From Macrostomum lignano (lineage: Eukaryota): a DNA stretch of 64,000 nucleotides. The stretch is taken from the NCBI GenBank assembly GCA_002269645.1, contig NIVC01000404.1:124001-188000 (forward strand). The letters are read 5' to 3'. Shown one piece after another: positions 33,507 to 45,540 of the stretch. A program made the translations under genes and the position numbers. A model generated the notes under the pieces. It searched no databases, was not told where the DNA came from, and was given only the letters and a program-made list of their open reading frames with translations. Within the stretch, counting starts at the first letter, position 1. Each line of letters begins with the position of its first letter.

Positions 33507-36500
33507 TTTCTCTCTCTATTATAATCTTGAAATTCTCAATAAATAAATGAATAAATATTTCATAGAACATAGTCAACATGGAATGTTCCATGCTCATGTT
33601 CCATGCTCCATGTTCATGTTCTGTGGAGCACATTACCAAAGTCAAAGATGAGATAAAAACATGCTTAAATAATAACTTGGAAAGGGATAATCAATAACAC
33701 TCATGGGCAGCAAAGCCTTGCAGCAACATGGGCATGTGTCCCCTGAAATGGAAACCTATATAGCAAATAGTACACTGTGCCACCTTGAAATTAGTCACAA
33801 CTTTGCTAATGACCAAAATTGCAATCAAAGTAGAGAATAAGAGTACTTCAATGTTCTTTTTTTCATGTATTTTATAATATTATTTTATAATTTATATTTT
33901 TTTCATTTGAATGATTAAATACCATTCAGTGATTATTGAGACAATAACTTAATATAATTCAAAGCATAACCATTTTGATTTTAAGTCTAGAGGATACAAA
34001 TAAATGGGACAAAATAGCATCAACTATAAATTGACTAGAGATTTGGTTTTCATGAAGTGAAACCAACTAATAATTTTGTTTTGCTGAAGTGATATTTTGG
34101 AAGTAAAACCCCTAAACAAGACACCTTAAATGTCTAAAATATATTCCCTGCTTTTTTTGGTAAAAAGACAACTCTTTACTCTGTCTCCCAAGTCTCAACC
34201 TTACCCAGGGTCCCAGATTCTATTTGTCCAATATTTTCCAATTTATCCACATATTGTAGATTGGCTGGTGACTTTCAATTTTCTTAAACTATAAAGGTGA
34301 CCCTTTAGTACATATTGCACTATAACTTTTGAAATAATTTATGAAGTGAAATGAATCTTAAGCCAAAATACAGAATAATAAAGCTGCTTTCCTAGCTGCT
34401 TTCAAGATTGTTATGATCAGTTAAGTAGATTTTTAGCAGCATGCAAAGATCCAAAAGTATAAGTATAGAACATTTGCATAGATCCTAGATCACATAGAAC
34501 TATTTTATAGGATTAAAGCTTAAGAAGTCCTAGGCAGGCAGTTGGCTAATAAAATAGCTAGCTATTCCTTCATTTCTCCTTGACATGGTGTCAAAATGGT
34601 CTTTAGTTTGCTTAACCTAGTGACCTGGCTAGTTTAGTATATGTTAGAAAAATGCAAAGCCAAAAATGCATTAAAATTCAATGCATAGACAAAGAAAACA
34701 AGTTTAAAAATATATATATAGGCCATATCCTATCAAAAGAATATAATGCAAAGGCTAGACTATTATAATTTTATATAGCTATTGAAAAAATTATGAACAT
34801 TAATATATATTAATGCTCTTTTTAGCTTGACTTAAAACAATAGATATTATTGATTTAGTGGCCATGCAAGCAAATTAATTATAACTAATTATAACTAACT
34901 TTTCTTATCCAATTGTCATAGTAATAGGCCCCCTAGTAGAAGGGAAGAGTGGAATAATAAAATCTTTAGGTCTAATATAAGTTTATACAAGCAATACTAG
35001 ATTTTTGCAATATAAAATTGCAAATATACATAAAGATATAATAGTTATCAAGTTATACCAATTACTAACTAATAACTAATATAACTAATTCAAATTATTT
35101 GCCACAATTTTGGCCTAATCAACCATTTATTTTGGAACCCAAAGATGAAAGTGTTACTAAACAAACTGATAAGCAATTGATAATTTATATACTACTATGG
35201 CTTTGCAATTTAAATAATGCATCAATACAGCAATGTAGTTCTAAATCTAGTTAACATTAGTTACATAACTAATTTTCCAAAATAAGAAACACGGCCCAGA
35301 ATATCACAGTTCAAAGCCAAGCCATCACCCATTAGCATTAGATGAAAAAATTGTTCCAATTTAAAATATAGCCAAATTACACTGATTACACTGACAATGA
35401 CATTGGTAGACTGTCTAATCTATACTATAGGCTTGCACGCCTTCCATAGGATAGTCCAAAGAACGGCCTAGTTACAGAAAGCACTGACAGTATAATTTTA
35501 AATTATAGAGCATATAGGTATATTTAATTCAGTGCTACACTGTAATTGGAAAAAGAGGCTCGTCTGCTTAATTAGATCCTGTAAAGCTAGACATCCACAG
35601 GTAGCTAACAAAAATGGTGTAGCTAGCTACAGTAAAGCTAGACAGCTTCAAACGGTATCATATCAATAGAGAAAACATTTTAAGCATCTTATTATATAGA
35701 TTTTGTCTAGTTACAACGGAACAAGCGCAAACACATTTGAATTGCTCCTGTCAGCCATTGTTGAAAAATAAGTATTTAAACAAGGCAAAAAGATCGGCCA
35801 ATTGATTTGTGTCCTTAGAAGTAAGCACTATTTGCAGGCATAGATTAATAAAGTTAACAAAAAGGTTGCGATAAAAACAATGCCCATTTTTGTAATAGAT
35901 ACTCCGGAACCCGATGTGCAACTATAAATATAAACGTATGCCCAGATTGATAATTTCCATACTATGACTTGACTTCGCGATTCAAACACTGCATCAACAT
36001 TACAATTCGGGGAGTCGAATTTCTTGGGTTTGTCCTCCAGTGGAGGAGTTCCACTCGTTATACCTAACTTTCTATTGCCTAGAGAAGTCACTATATATGA
36101 TTTATCTGATTCATACCCCCAAGCAGTGGTTAATTCGATAGAATAGAATGAAGGGATTGTTATGCAAGTGAGAAATCAAATAATTTTATACATTTTCTTA
36201 TATTTACTAGCAAAATAGAGCCCCAATAATAAATAATCAAGCACTTATTCGCCAGCGATTCGCTGTCCTGTCGCTGGCGAAAAGTCGCTGGCGAAACTTC
36301 GCTAATGTTCCGCTGACGATTTGCCAATGCGACCGAGGTGGAAAAACTATATTTTATGCTGCAGGAAGAAAAGTTCCAGACAAATACAGCTATTTATTGC
36401 CTTTCTTGACACTAAAAACGTAAAAGCGTCTTGCAAATCGTAATTTTAGCTTCGCTAAAATCTATCTTGTCCTAAAGTTTCGGATATAATTTTTTTTAAG

Positions 36501-36821
36501 AAATGCACATTTAATGCTACGATTTTTTTTGACAGCAATAGGATGTAGGATGACTTCTCGCCACATGTCAGCGGGCACTTTTGAAATACATTAAATATAA
36601 AAATTGTACGTAGTATGCACTTTCGCTTCTAGAGTATGAATTTACCTTAAATAAGTTGCCAAAGCTCTATCTTCATTCCAAAAATTACTCCATCTTAACC
36701 ATTCTGCTGAGGATTTTGCTAAGGGAAGATCAACAGATTTGATTTGAGTGTCATAGTGACAATGAAAAACAATTTGTTCAGCAAAAATGTACATAAATTT
36801 CAGATGTTTTTTTAAATATAA

Positions 36822-36995
36822 GGTGATGAATAAAAGTATAATTCAGTTAGTTTTCATTCCGCATTTTACTTTAATGTGCGGAATCCGCACTTTGTTCCGC
36901 AGTTTACCATTCCGCTGCGGATTCCGCGTTTTACCGTACTATTCCATTCCGATTCCATTGCGGATTCCGCATTTTACCGGGTACCATCCTACTAT
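36822..36995 (+). mobile_element. Dispersed TTCCGC-rich repeat, copy 2
   Basis: Inverted homologue of 27090-27292; lacks a ~28-bp internal duplication present in copy 1. Confidence 0.85.
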
Positions 36996-37524
36996 CCCCA
37001 TGGCCCTCAAAAAATCATAAGGAAGGCAGATAGTCTCTCCCTGTTATACAACTTGCATCAATGATTAAAAATGAATTTTTAAAAGAAACTTTGTGTTGTA
37101 CATTTATTTTGTAAGAAGTGTATCATAATTTGTTAATAATTTTTTACTTTCTTAAAAGAGGGCTAACCACCTAATTACTGCACTAGAGATACTATGCCGC
37201 CACTGAGTCAGCATACAAAAAAGCTGAATTCAGGACTGATGTAATTGTATAGGCCTAGTTAAATATCAAGCAACAAAAGCTCTTTTAAAATATTAAAAAC
37301 TAGAATAAAAATATTAATGCAGTTTATGGGAAAAACTAAATTAAAACAAAGAATATCAGTTTTTAGCAAAAAGCAACCCTGCTAAAGTTTAGTTAAACAT
37401 ATTTATGTTTTTTTAATTATATATTCTTAAAAAAAATTGTGCACAAACATTTCTGAGCTTGGAATAATTTTTTTATAATATGCCTAGCTGCATAGTATAT
37501 TCACAAATGCATACATTTGTCAAT

Positions 37525-38705
37525 TAGTAAACTTGTCAACTGGTAAATTTGTCAACTATTAAAATTGTCAACTGGTAAATTTGTCAACTAGTAAAATTGT
37601 CAACTGTTAAATTTGTCAACTAGCTAAACATGTAGTAGCTATAACTGTCAATTGGTAAATTTGTCGGACTTCTTCAAGTTTATGTTGATAAAATAGTTTC
37701 AATTTGGATAGGATCATAATTTTGTCTCTATAGGGGTTTTTGATGGTGCTGATTTCAAATTTGAGCTCCATTTTTAGGTAGCTTTAACCCAATTATATGT
37801 AGCTTAAAACCAACCACCGGGGCATTGGGAATGGGGGTTTTAGAGTGGGGAGATTCTTCATGGGGATTGATTTTATCAACATAAACTTGAATAGAGGCAT
37901 AGAGACCTTTTCAAGATTGTGTTGATAAATTCCAATTCTAATAGGGGGGGGGGGGTTGAAACATAACTTTATCTAAATTAATTTGCTTACCAAAATTAAG
38001 TGCTGTTACTGCCTTAATACAATAGAATTAGTAATCTAGCCTTGTACAGTAGTTGGTTTTAAGGTGCGAAATACAAGTGCGAGTTTTGAACGTTGCTTTG
38101 GCTGGGTGCAGTGAAAGTGCAAGTGCAAAGATTGAGCAGGTTGTGATGTGGCAGTTTTTAAAAAAAAGCACACAATGACATGGCATTGTCTATGCATTAT
38201 AACTAAATTGAAAAACTATAATCTGCAAACATAAAAAACATTCTGCATATTAATTTGTAGATATTAATATTCATCTTTAATTGGCCTAATGAAGTTCTAG
38301 CACATGTGCCATAAAATTAAAAGTCAAGTGGATACACTTTTAAAAATGTATTTGTAGAAACTTTTTCTCACTGAACCTCATTAAGAGAATAGGGAATCAA
38401 GTAAATCATCATTGCATCAACCGTACAGGTAACTTTCTACACTTTTTTTTGCATTTTTGTAATTTTGGGTGCCCCATAAGTCTCCACCGCAAGTTTCAGA
38501 AAAATCGAAAAATCGGAAGTATTTTATCAACATAAACTTGAAGAAGTCCAATTTGTCACCTAGCTATATATGTAGTAGCTATAACTGTCAATTGGTAAAT
38601 TTGTCACCTAGCTATATATGTAGTAGCCATAACTGTCAACTAGTAAATTTGTCAACTAGCTATATATGTAGTAGCTACAACTATCAACTGGTAAATTTGT
38701 TAGTA
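37525..38705. repeat. Degenerate ~20-bp array (AAATTTGTCAACTRGT) split by a transposon insertion
   Basis: The array is visible at 37525-37665 and resumes at 38550-38705. Confidence 0.8.
37666..38549. mobile_element. 884-bp non-autonomous TIR element, Merlin-like
   Basis: Perfect 30-bp TIR GGACTTCTTCAAGTTTATGTTGATAAAATA and perfect 8-bp TSD AATTTGTC. GG termini with an 8-bp TSD fit Merlin; the superfamily call is inference. Confidence 0.8.
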
Positions 38706-39233
38706 CAGTATAGTATATGTAGTTGTTTTAATCCATTGTTTATCTAGTGAGTCAAATTGTCTTATAATTTGTTTTATTGTATAAAATGCATGCTATTCAA
38801 ATGGTTGGAAATAAATATCCATGTATCTACTATTAAGACTTAACAAATTAACAATTATCAATTATCAACAAAATTAACAATCAACAAATTGCTTACAATC
38901 AAATCAACAAATTTCATTAATTGAAGTCAACAAATTAAACAAATTGGTTGCCCTCTGTAACAGAAACAAATCCAGCAATAAATCAATTATATCTGCATAG
39001 AACAGCTACTATAATGAAGTCCTGGTAAAAATTTGAAAGTGATGCATGCTCACATGCAAGCAATAAAGTTTTCAATTTTAATTCATTATTAAAGTTCATT
39101 AGTAAGAAGTTGTTATATTTGCATGTTTATTGTTTTAAACAAAAATATTAGTTAGCCATTTAAGTAAATTCAAATACATTCATAATGTTGTAACTTCTTG
39201 TCAGACTTTTTTTGTTCTTTCCTGTGTCTTTGG

Positions 39234-39509
39234 CATACATGCGCAACCCCCCTGATTTACACTGGCCATGCGACTTACTTTTTGACCAAAAATGCGACTT
39301 ACCTGTGAAAGAAACCCTAAAGCAAAATAAACGCTTATTTGGGTAAACGGCAGGAGTAACTATGACCGTCTTATCAGGCTTAAATGCCTCGGCATCTAAT
39401 TAGTACTACGTCCGTATTCTTTGGGGTGGCATTTTTGCGACTTACCCCTGGTCCACCACAATTTATAGTGGCCAGATCGGCCAGGTCGGCCAGCAGTTGC
39501 GCATGTATG
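39234..39509. mobile_element. 276-bp P-element-like MITE carrying a 28S rDNA fragment
   Basis: Perfect 14-bp TIR CATACATGCGCAAC and perfect 8-bp TSD GTCTTTGG (39226-39233 / 39510-39517). Three internal GCGACTTAC motifs. CAT..ATG termini with an 8-bp TSD fit the P superfamily. Confidence 0.9.
39341..39404 (+). other. 64-nt 28S rRNA-derived fragment (helix 69-71 region, R2/I-PpoI target); not an rRNA gene
   Basis: 52/64 identical to the conserved eukaryotic 28S sequence GGGTAAACGGCGGGAGTAACTATGACTCTCTTAAGGTAGCCAAATGCCTCGTCATCTAATTAGT (recalled). Eight of the 12 mismatches are contiguous at AGGTAGCC. Confidence 0.9.
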
Positions 39510-39970
39510 GTCTTTGGTTATTAACTTTGTCATTACCATTAACAATGAATTTGTTGTTGACTTACAAAATTATTAACACAAATTTGTTAATCTATTAGTA
39601 CAAAAAATCTTAATGGCAGTCTGGTAATGTACACCTAAAATGTAATGTAGCATAAAATCTTAATGTTTATTAATGCTTTTTAATAGATTAATGCATATTA
39701 ATGGACTGGTGCCCAACACTGATAATCTATGTAAATCCGTGGGATATATATTGCTGATGTATATATAGTATAATAGTTTCTATGTTATTATTTATTATAA
39801 ATGCCTATAAAAGCTATATAAAAGATATAATGGTTAAACATTAAAAATATAAAGACAAAGCAAAAATGATAAATATTTAACAAGTATTACTATAAAAATA
39901 AAAAGAAGAAAGGAGAAATGTAGAAAAATACATTTAAAACAAGAAACCAAAATGTTATAGTCTATAAGAA

Positions 39971-40740
39971 GCTCTATTGGAATAAGTTGACAAAACGCGG
40001 ACAACCGTCCGTCGCATTTTTGGATTCTCCTGGTGTTGTGTCGCGCGACAGTGGTGTCAAGTGGTGTGTTGCGTCGCGTGACATTGTGGAAACCTGGTGT
40101 TGTCATGCGTCGCCTCGCGTGACACTGTGGAAACCTGGTATTGTCATGCGTCGCGTCGCGCAACGCGACAGTGTGGCAACTTGGCGGCTGGCATCGTCAT
40201 GTGTCGCATTGCAGCCTGGATCTGCAGCCAAAACCTCGCAAACTGTGTTTCATTCATTGTAATATGTTCACGGTTGTTTCTCGGTATTTAAATGTTTCAA
40301 ACATGTTTGATAATAACTAGTTCTTGAACTTTTCTTTTTTATTTTGACGGTAAAGTAACTAATACTTCAAATATAATTTTTAGAAATGTTACTTGTTATT
40401 TACAATGCATGCGCTTTTTTTCTAAGTGTTGTACCTTTATTGTTTTACTGTTTATTCTTTTTAAATTTCATTTCTTTTTCCGCGAAGTTGAAAGGAATAC
40501 TCTTATCCATCGTCCCATGGTCTCGGTGTCGGGAGTGAACGGCAGAATGGGAATTGTCAATTGCAACGTGGCTGCTGTGGTGTCCTCCCCCCTGGTCATT
40601 TGGTCAACAGACATCGGTGTTGCGTCACATGTCGCCACCCCCCAGTCAACAAAATTTGGTGTCATGTTGCGCTTTTGAGGGCACAATTTTGGCACCCGTG
40701 TCGCGCGTCCGCGGGTTTTTGAAACTTGTTCCAATAGGGA
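39971..40740. mobile_element. ~770-bp non-autonomous TIR element with internal CG-rich repeats
   Basis: Imperfect ~35-bp TIR (GCTCTATTGGAATAAGTT...CGCGGAC versus reverse complement TCCCTATTGGAACAAGTT...CGCGGAC). A further CCCTATTGGAA end lies at ~41222. Superfamily not determined. Confidence 0.65.
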
Positions 40741-42557
40741 CAAGAAGTGGAATCTAAATTGAATCAGAGCTAGATTGCAATAAAAAAGAATTTGGTTGCA
40801 ATTAAAAAATAGAAAAAAAGTAAATATATAAAAGTTATAAACTAAGAAAACTAAGTCATAATCAATATAAGATATGTTACAAAAAGATTTTCATAATGTG
40901 CTATACTATAAGAAGTAAATTAAAAAAGTTTACTTTTTTAGTTCAAATATGATATTTGTAGAAAAGAAGATTTTTTCTATGTTCTCTAATCAAAAGCTGT
41001 AAGTTGTTGTTAATGACCTCTAAAAGCATTATTTTGAGTGACTTTAAAGCCAACCAATAATATATTGCTTTAGTTTAAATTTACTAAATGATAATTTATT
41101 AATGAAAATCCATAATAAATGTTTTAGAGCTTTTAGTCTTTTTGTTTGTCATCCAATTTTTTATCTTCTAGAAAAAAAAATTTAATCAGCAAACAAACTA
41201 ATGTTCTATTTTATATATTTACCCTATTGGAATAAATGTTGCAATCCTCTGGATGCACACTTTAGAATAGAGTTAAAATTATTTTACTGCACTTTAGCAT
41301 TATTAGAGATGTTCCAAAAGAGCATTTTCTGTCAAAATCAAAATTTGCTAACTTTTTGAAATTGAAATTTTCCAAAGTCAAAATTCTGAAAAACAAAGTT
41401 AAGTATGACCAACACACACTTTTTAAATTTTGATTTACTGCTTATGCAAAGCTAAAAACATGTATATGTAGCAGAAATTAGTTTATTTTTAGCCATTTTT
41501 AGACACTTCCAAAATTTTGATATGCAATATTTTTCTAAATTAAAATTTGCTCTTAAAAATTATAAGTTTTGAAAAATCAAAATCAAAATTTTGGAATATC
41601 TCTAAACATTATAAATGACAAGTGTATAGGCCCCTTTCATAGAGGTATTAGGCCCCTTTCTATGCTGCATGCCTGTGCCCACACTGCACTTCAGAAAAAA
41701 TTAAATGTGTGCCAGATGCTATCCACAGTTTTACAACTTTTCCCTATAAGGTCTATTTAGCAGACAAATTGAATGATATGACAAAAGGATAAATTAAGTA
41801 TGGTTTCAAATGCTTTATTCATGATATGATAAAATTTGTTTTATATGCTCTTAAAGAGGTTTGTGAGAAATCAATTTTAGTTCTTTAAGCATCCCAAGTT
41901 AGTAAGCCATCAAAGTTATTCTAGGTCTACTATTGCAATTTTATAGGTATCATAAAGTTTTTATAGTGCTATTTTCACTTCTAAAAATTCTTAGAACATA
42001 GTTGGTAATTAGTAGTTTCTTAGTATATGCCTAGGATTTATTAAAGATATTTAATTTTAAGCTTTTAATTTAGTGTTGGCATAACTCCTGGTATGAGTAT
42101 GACACCTCCTTGAGCTTATGCAGATGTACACAGAGTAATCAGTACAAGTCCAGGACACATGAAGTCTGCAAAACTTCTGCATTATGCACTCGACCCAGTA
42201 CAACATTAGTATTGTAAAATCTGGTCTGTTCTTGAAGTTGATGGATTGTATAGCCCATGGACCCAATGATTATATTCTATTCTCGTTTCTCTTGATCCCC
42301 TCCTTCCCTCCTCTCTTCCCGCCCCTTCCTTCTCTCTTCACTCCCCTCTACAGTACCAAATACACAGGCGTTCGTTTAGTTTGTCTTCAATTAATATGTA
42401 AAATTCATTGTTCTGCCTCATAATCAGTGTTTATCTATATTATATGGATTTTTATTAAATATCTTTGTATCTCTACTAATAAGTAGCTAATCGTTAAACT
42501 TATCCTTTTTGTATCAAAATGACAAAAAATGCTGCATGATTTTTTGGGGAGTACGAC

Positions 42558-43383
42558 GTTTGCTTGCCGAAGTTTGCTTGCGGAATTTTGCCTGCCGAAC
42601 TTTGCTTGCCGAACTTTGCTTGCGGAATTTTGCTTGCTGAAGTTTGCTTGCCGAACTTTGCTTGCAGGAAATTTGCTTGCAGGAACTTTGCCTGCCGAAG
42701 TTTGCTTGCCGAGCTTTGCTTGCAAAATTTTGATGTCTGCTTTCTAGAAATTTGCAATCACACAATCGCAAGGTTTTAACTTGCAGAATTATTTTCTTGT
42801 TTGCTTGGTTGTTTTGATTGCTTGTAAAGTTGGTCAGTCAATTATTACTTACTACAGATGCTTTGCAAGTGGATTCTTATCAGGGTCGACGTAAACTGAC
42901 TTGACACTAAGCTTTCAAACTAGGCTTATAGAGTTTCATTCTAAGAATGTAGTATATAGAATGCTTAGAGATTTAGTATAGGTAGATAGGGATCGGTAAC
43001 AGTATAAATATTTGTAGTTCCTGATTTCAGCACGATTGAGCAGGTATTATAATTGCAGTGATGCTAATGTAATATGCATATACTAATAATATTTTAGTAT
43101 ATAAAATGTAATTAATAATCCGCCATATCCTCATACAAAGTCATAAAACTATAAACGACTTCCACGAATCTTAGAAAATGAAAATTAGAAATACAAGAGC
43201 TCAAAAGCAAAGTTCGGCAAGCAAAGCTCGGCAAGCAAAGTTCGGCAAGCAAAGTTCGGCAAGCAAAGCTCGGCAAGCAAAGTTCGGCAAGCAAAGCTCG
43301 GCAAGCAAAATTCCGCAAGCAGACTTCAGCAAGCAAAATTCGGCAAGCAGACTTCGGCAAGCAAATTTCCGCAAGCAAATTTC
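42558..43383. mobile_element. Foldback-type element: inverted arrays of a 15-bp unit around a ~470-bp spacer
   Basis: (TTTGCTTGCCGAACT)n at 42558-42725 and the reverse complement (AGTTCGGCAAGCAAA)n at 43204-43383. Confidence 0.8.
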
Positions 43384-44220
43384 ATAGACCCGATTTTTTG
43401 TATTTTTTTCGTTTCTGTTTAGAACAAACTAGCATCCAACGATGCTAATCTGTCTTTTTTGTCCTGCTATTCTGTCACGAGTCTATACTTTTTAGTGCAG
43501 TAATATGGCTTTGATTATATCGTACTTTAGTTCCTTTATTATAGCTGCAAGCGAATTCTTTCACTGCATGGTTTTCTTTGCTTTACTAACATTTGCTAGT
43601 GATTTCAAGCGCTCTGACGGGAGGGGGAAAACATTCCCCCCTTTTCCCTTGTCCCCGCGAAGTAAGTATGAATGGCTTATGCCCCAGGGGGAGGGTGACA
43701 CGAAAGTGAAAGAGTTGTAGTTTCTGAAGAAAAAATAAATTGAAATCCATGGGCAGTTGTCCAATTTTCTTTTGGTCTAGTAATGTGAACACAACTTATG
43801 CTATATAGAATAGTATGAATAAAGTATTAAGCGTTTTTTCGTATTTTCAAACATGCTTCATGTTATTTGCCTTACTTCCTAGTTCCATAAAATGATAATT
43901 ATTTAGTCGAACAAAAACTGCCTCTGTTATTGCCTTAATTACTATTGGTTTAGTCCAATGGCTTTCTATATGCTTTTATTGCACTGTAAGCTTGGCACAG
44001 TGTTGCGCTGTATGCTCCTTGTAAGTAGAAGCGTACGGATTGGCCTAAAGCTGCTATTGCAGTAGGACTGTAGCTATTGGCTAACTCTCTTATTTCAAGT
44101 GCTAAATCTTTGCTACAAGCACGCTGTACGTAGTATATATCTGATAACTCTTGAACACACGTTGCAGTGTCAGTAAGCAAACAAAAGAAACAACGAAACT
44201 TCTACAATCAGTACTCGAAG

Positions 44221-45540
44221 ATGCTGCTTAGCCAGTTGCTTTTCTTAACCACCTTGGCCATCCTGTCTCCAATAACAAAGTCGGCAAAATCATCGATCAA
44301 TTGCAAGCCAGCTAGCCAGGCATTTGCCAGCCTAGGCATCCTAGACTCAGTCAAAGGTGGACCAAGCGGACCAATTTGTAGCGGTGAATGTTGCGCTTCT
44401 CAACTAGAAGCTTCGCTAATTAAGGTTGCTCGCAAACAATTGGCAGATCTATTGCGCAATCATCTGACAGTGATTAATTCCAATACTTGCTCCAATAATC
44501 GTATTAAACGATACTATCGCCAGTTGGATTATGTCAGACAAGAGCTGCCTATCAGTGCCGCGGCTGCAGCTCCTTCAGATTGTCTCACTGTTCATCTAAA
44601 ATCCTCCGGATTCTGTAGCCTCTGCCGCGGTGAAGCTGGCACAGAAACTGTTGTCAATGCCGGTTGGAATTCCACGAATTTAAAGCTCTGTTTAAAACCG
44701 CTATTTGAGCTGTCTAAAGTTTGGGATCGAGTGATTGATAAAGCTAATTCTATTCGTTACAACGCCTGTTTGAGCTCATTTCGCGGTCTGCTCAATTGGC
44801 AGAGCCTGTTTGACAAGTGCAATGCAGTGCCCTGCTTGGCTCCTCCGTCCGTTAGTTACTATCTGAGCAGGCCGCTGCCTATCTCGAGTCTGTTATCGAC
44901 TCTAAATGAATTAACTTTGTCAAGGCGGAGACGCCTTCGTAGACAATACTTCGACTTGACATCGAGCGGATCAGCTCCGCCGCCTCCTCCTCCGAAGCTG
45001 CCTACGATACTTTCTTCCGGCGATGGGGCGCCGCCAACTTTAATAACGAATGGATCTTTGAATAATTATAACAAAATTATCGAACAAACGTCTGGCGACT
45101 CGAAGCCAACTCTTATACCACCGCCTTTTCGTCCGTCTTCGTTGACGCCAGTAAATCCCGGCAATGACGTCGAACCGTCTGGGGACCTGGAGCCTCCGCC
45201 GCCGCCACGTCGTGAGCGACCGCCGCAGCCGGGCGGCAACCAGATCATCGACATGTACCCGCCATTGCCCGATCCGCGGGCTCCGCCGCCGCCAGATCTC
45301 TGGCTGCCCAAGACTTATCCCGATGGCGAGCCAGATTCTGGCGGCGCTGTACGCAATCGCGGCGAAGGCTCCGTACACGGGCCGCAGATGGTTGCTATGC
45401 GAGGCCAGCAAAGGGAGTGCCTCTATTCAGATACGTCTAGATGCCACTCGGCCAGCGCCAGATTAGCGTTTAATCCGATTAGCGTGTTAATCTGTGCGGC
45501 TCTCGGCTATGCGGCTATCAGGCTGAGGATTGCGCGCTGA
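44221..45540 (+). CDS. Single-exon secreted, probably GPI-anchored, glypican-like protein (439 aa) with a Pro-rich stalk
   Basis: Signal peptide MLLSQLLFLTTLAILSP; glypican-like Cys pattern NCK..F...G....ICSGECCASQLE..L, DCL......FCSLCRG, CLKPL.EL...W, LFDKC; several Ser-Gly GAG sites near acidic residues; hydrophobic C-terminal GPI-type signal. Confidence 0.65.
   Translation: MLLSQLLFLTTLAILSPITKSAKSSINCKPASQAFASLGILDSVKGGPSGPICSGECCASQLEASLIKVARKQLADLLRNHLTVINSNTCSNNRIKRYYRQLDYVRQELPISAAAAAPSDCLTVHLKSSGFCSLCRGEAGTETVVNAGWNSTNLKLCLKPLFELSKVWDRVIDKANSIRYNACLSSFRGLLNWQSLFDKCNAVPCLAPPSVSYYLSRPLPISSLLSTLNELTLSRRRRLRRQYFDLTSSGSAPPPPPPKLPTILSSGDGAPPTLITNGSLNNYNKIIEQTSGDSKPTLIPPPFRPSSLTPVNPGNDVEPSGDLEPPPPPRRERPPQPGGNQIIDMYPPLPDPRAPPPPDLWLPKTYPDGEPDSGGAVRNRGEGSVHGPQMVAMRGQQRECLYSDTSRCHSASARLAFNPISVLICAALGYAAIRLRIAR

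Noticed and set aside
35828-36091. 87-aa ORF with a hydrophobic C-terminus
   Set aside because: No ATG-led frame of note, no recognisable motif and no splice context.
28030-36800. Terminal inverted repeats of the MULE element
   Set aside because: No matching long inverted pair with a 9-bp TSD could be found by eye, so element boundaries are left undefined.
39341-39404. A functional rRNA gene
   Set aside because: Only 64 nt, embedded in a MITE, with no flanking rDNA.
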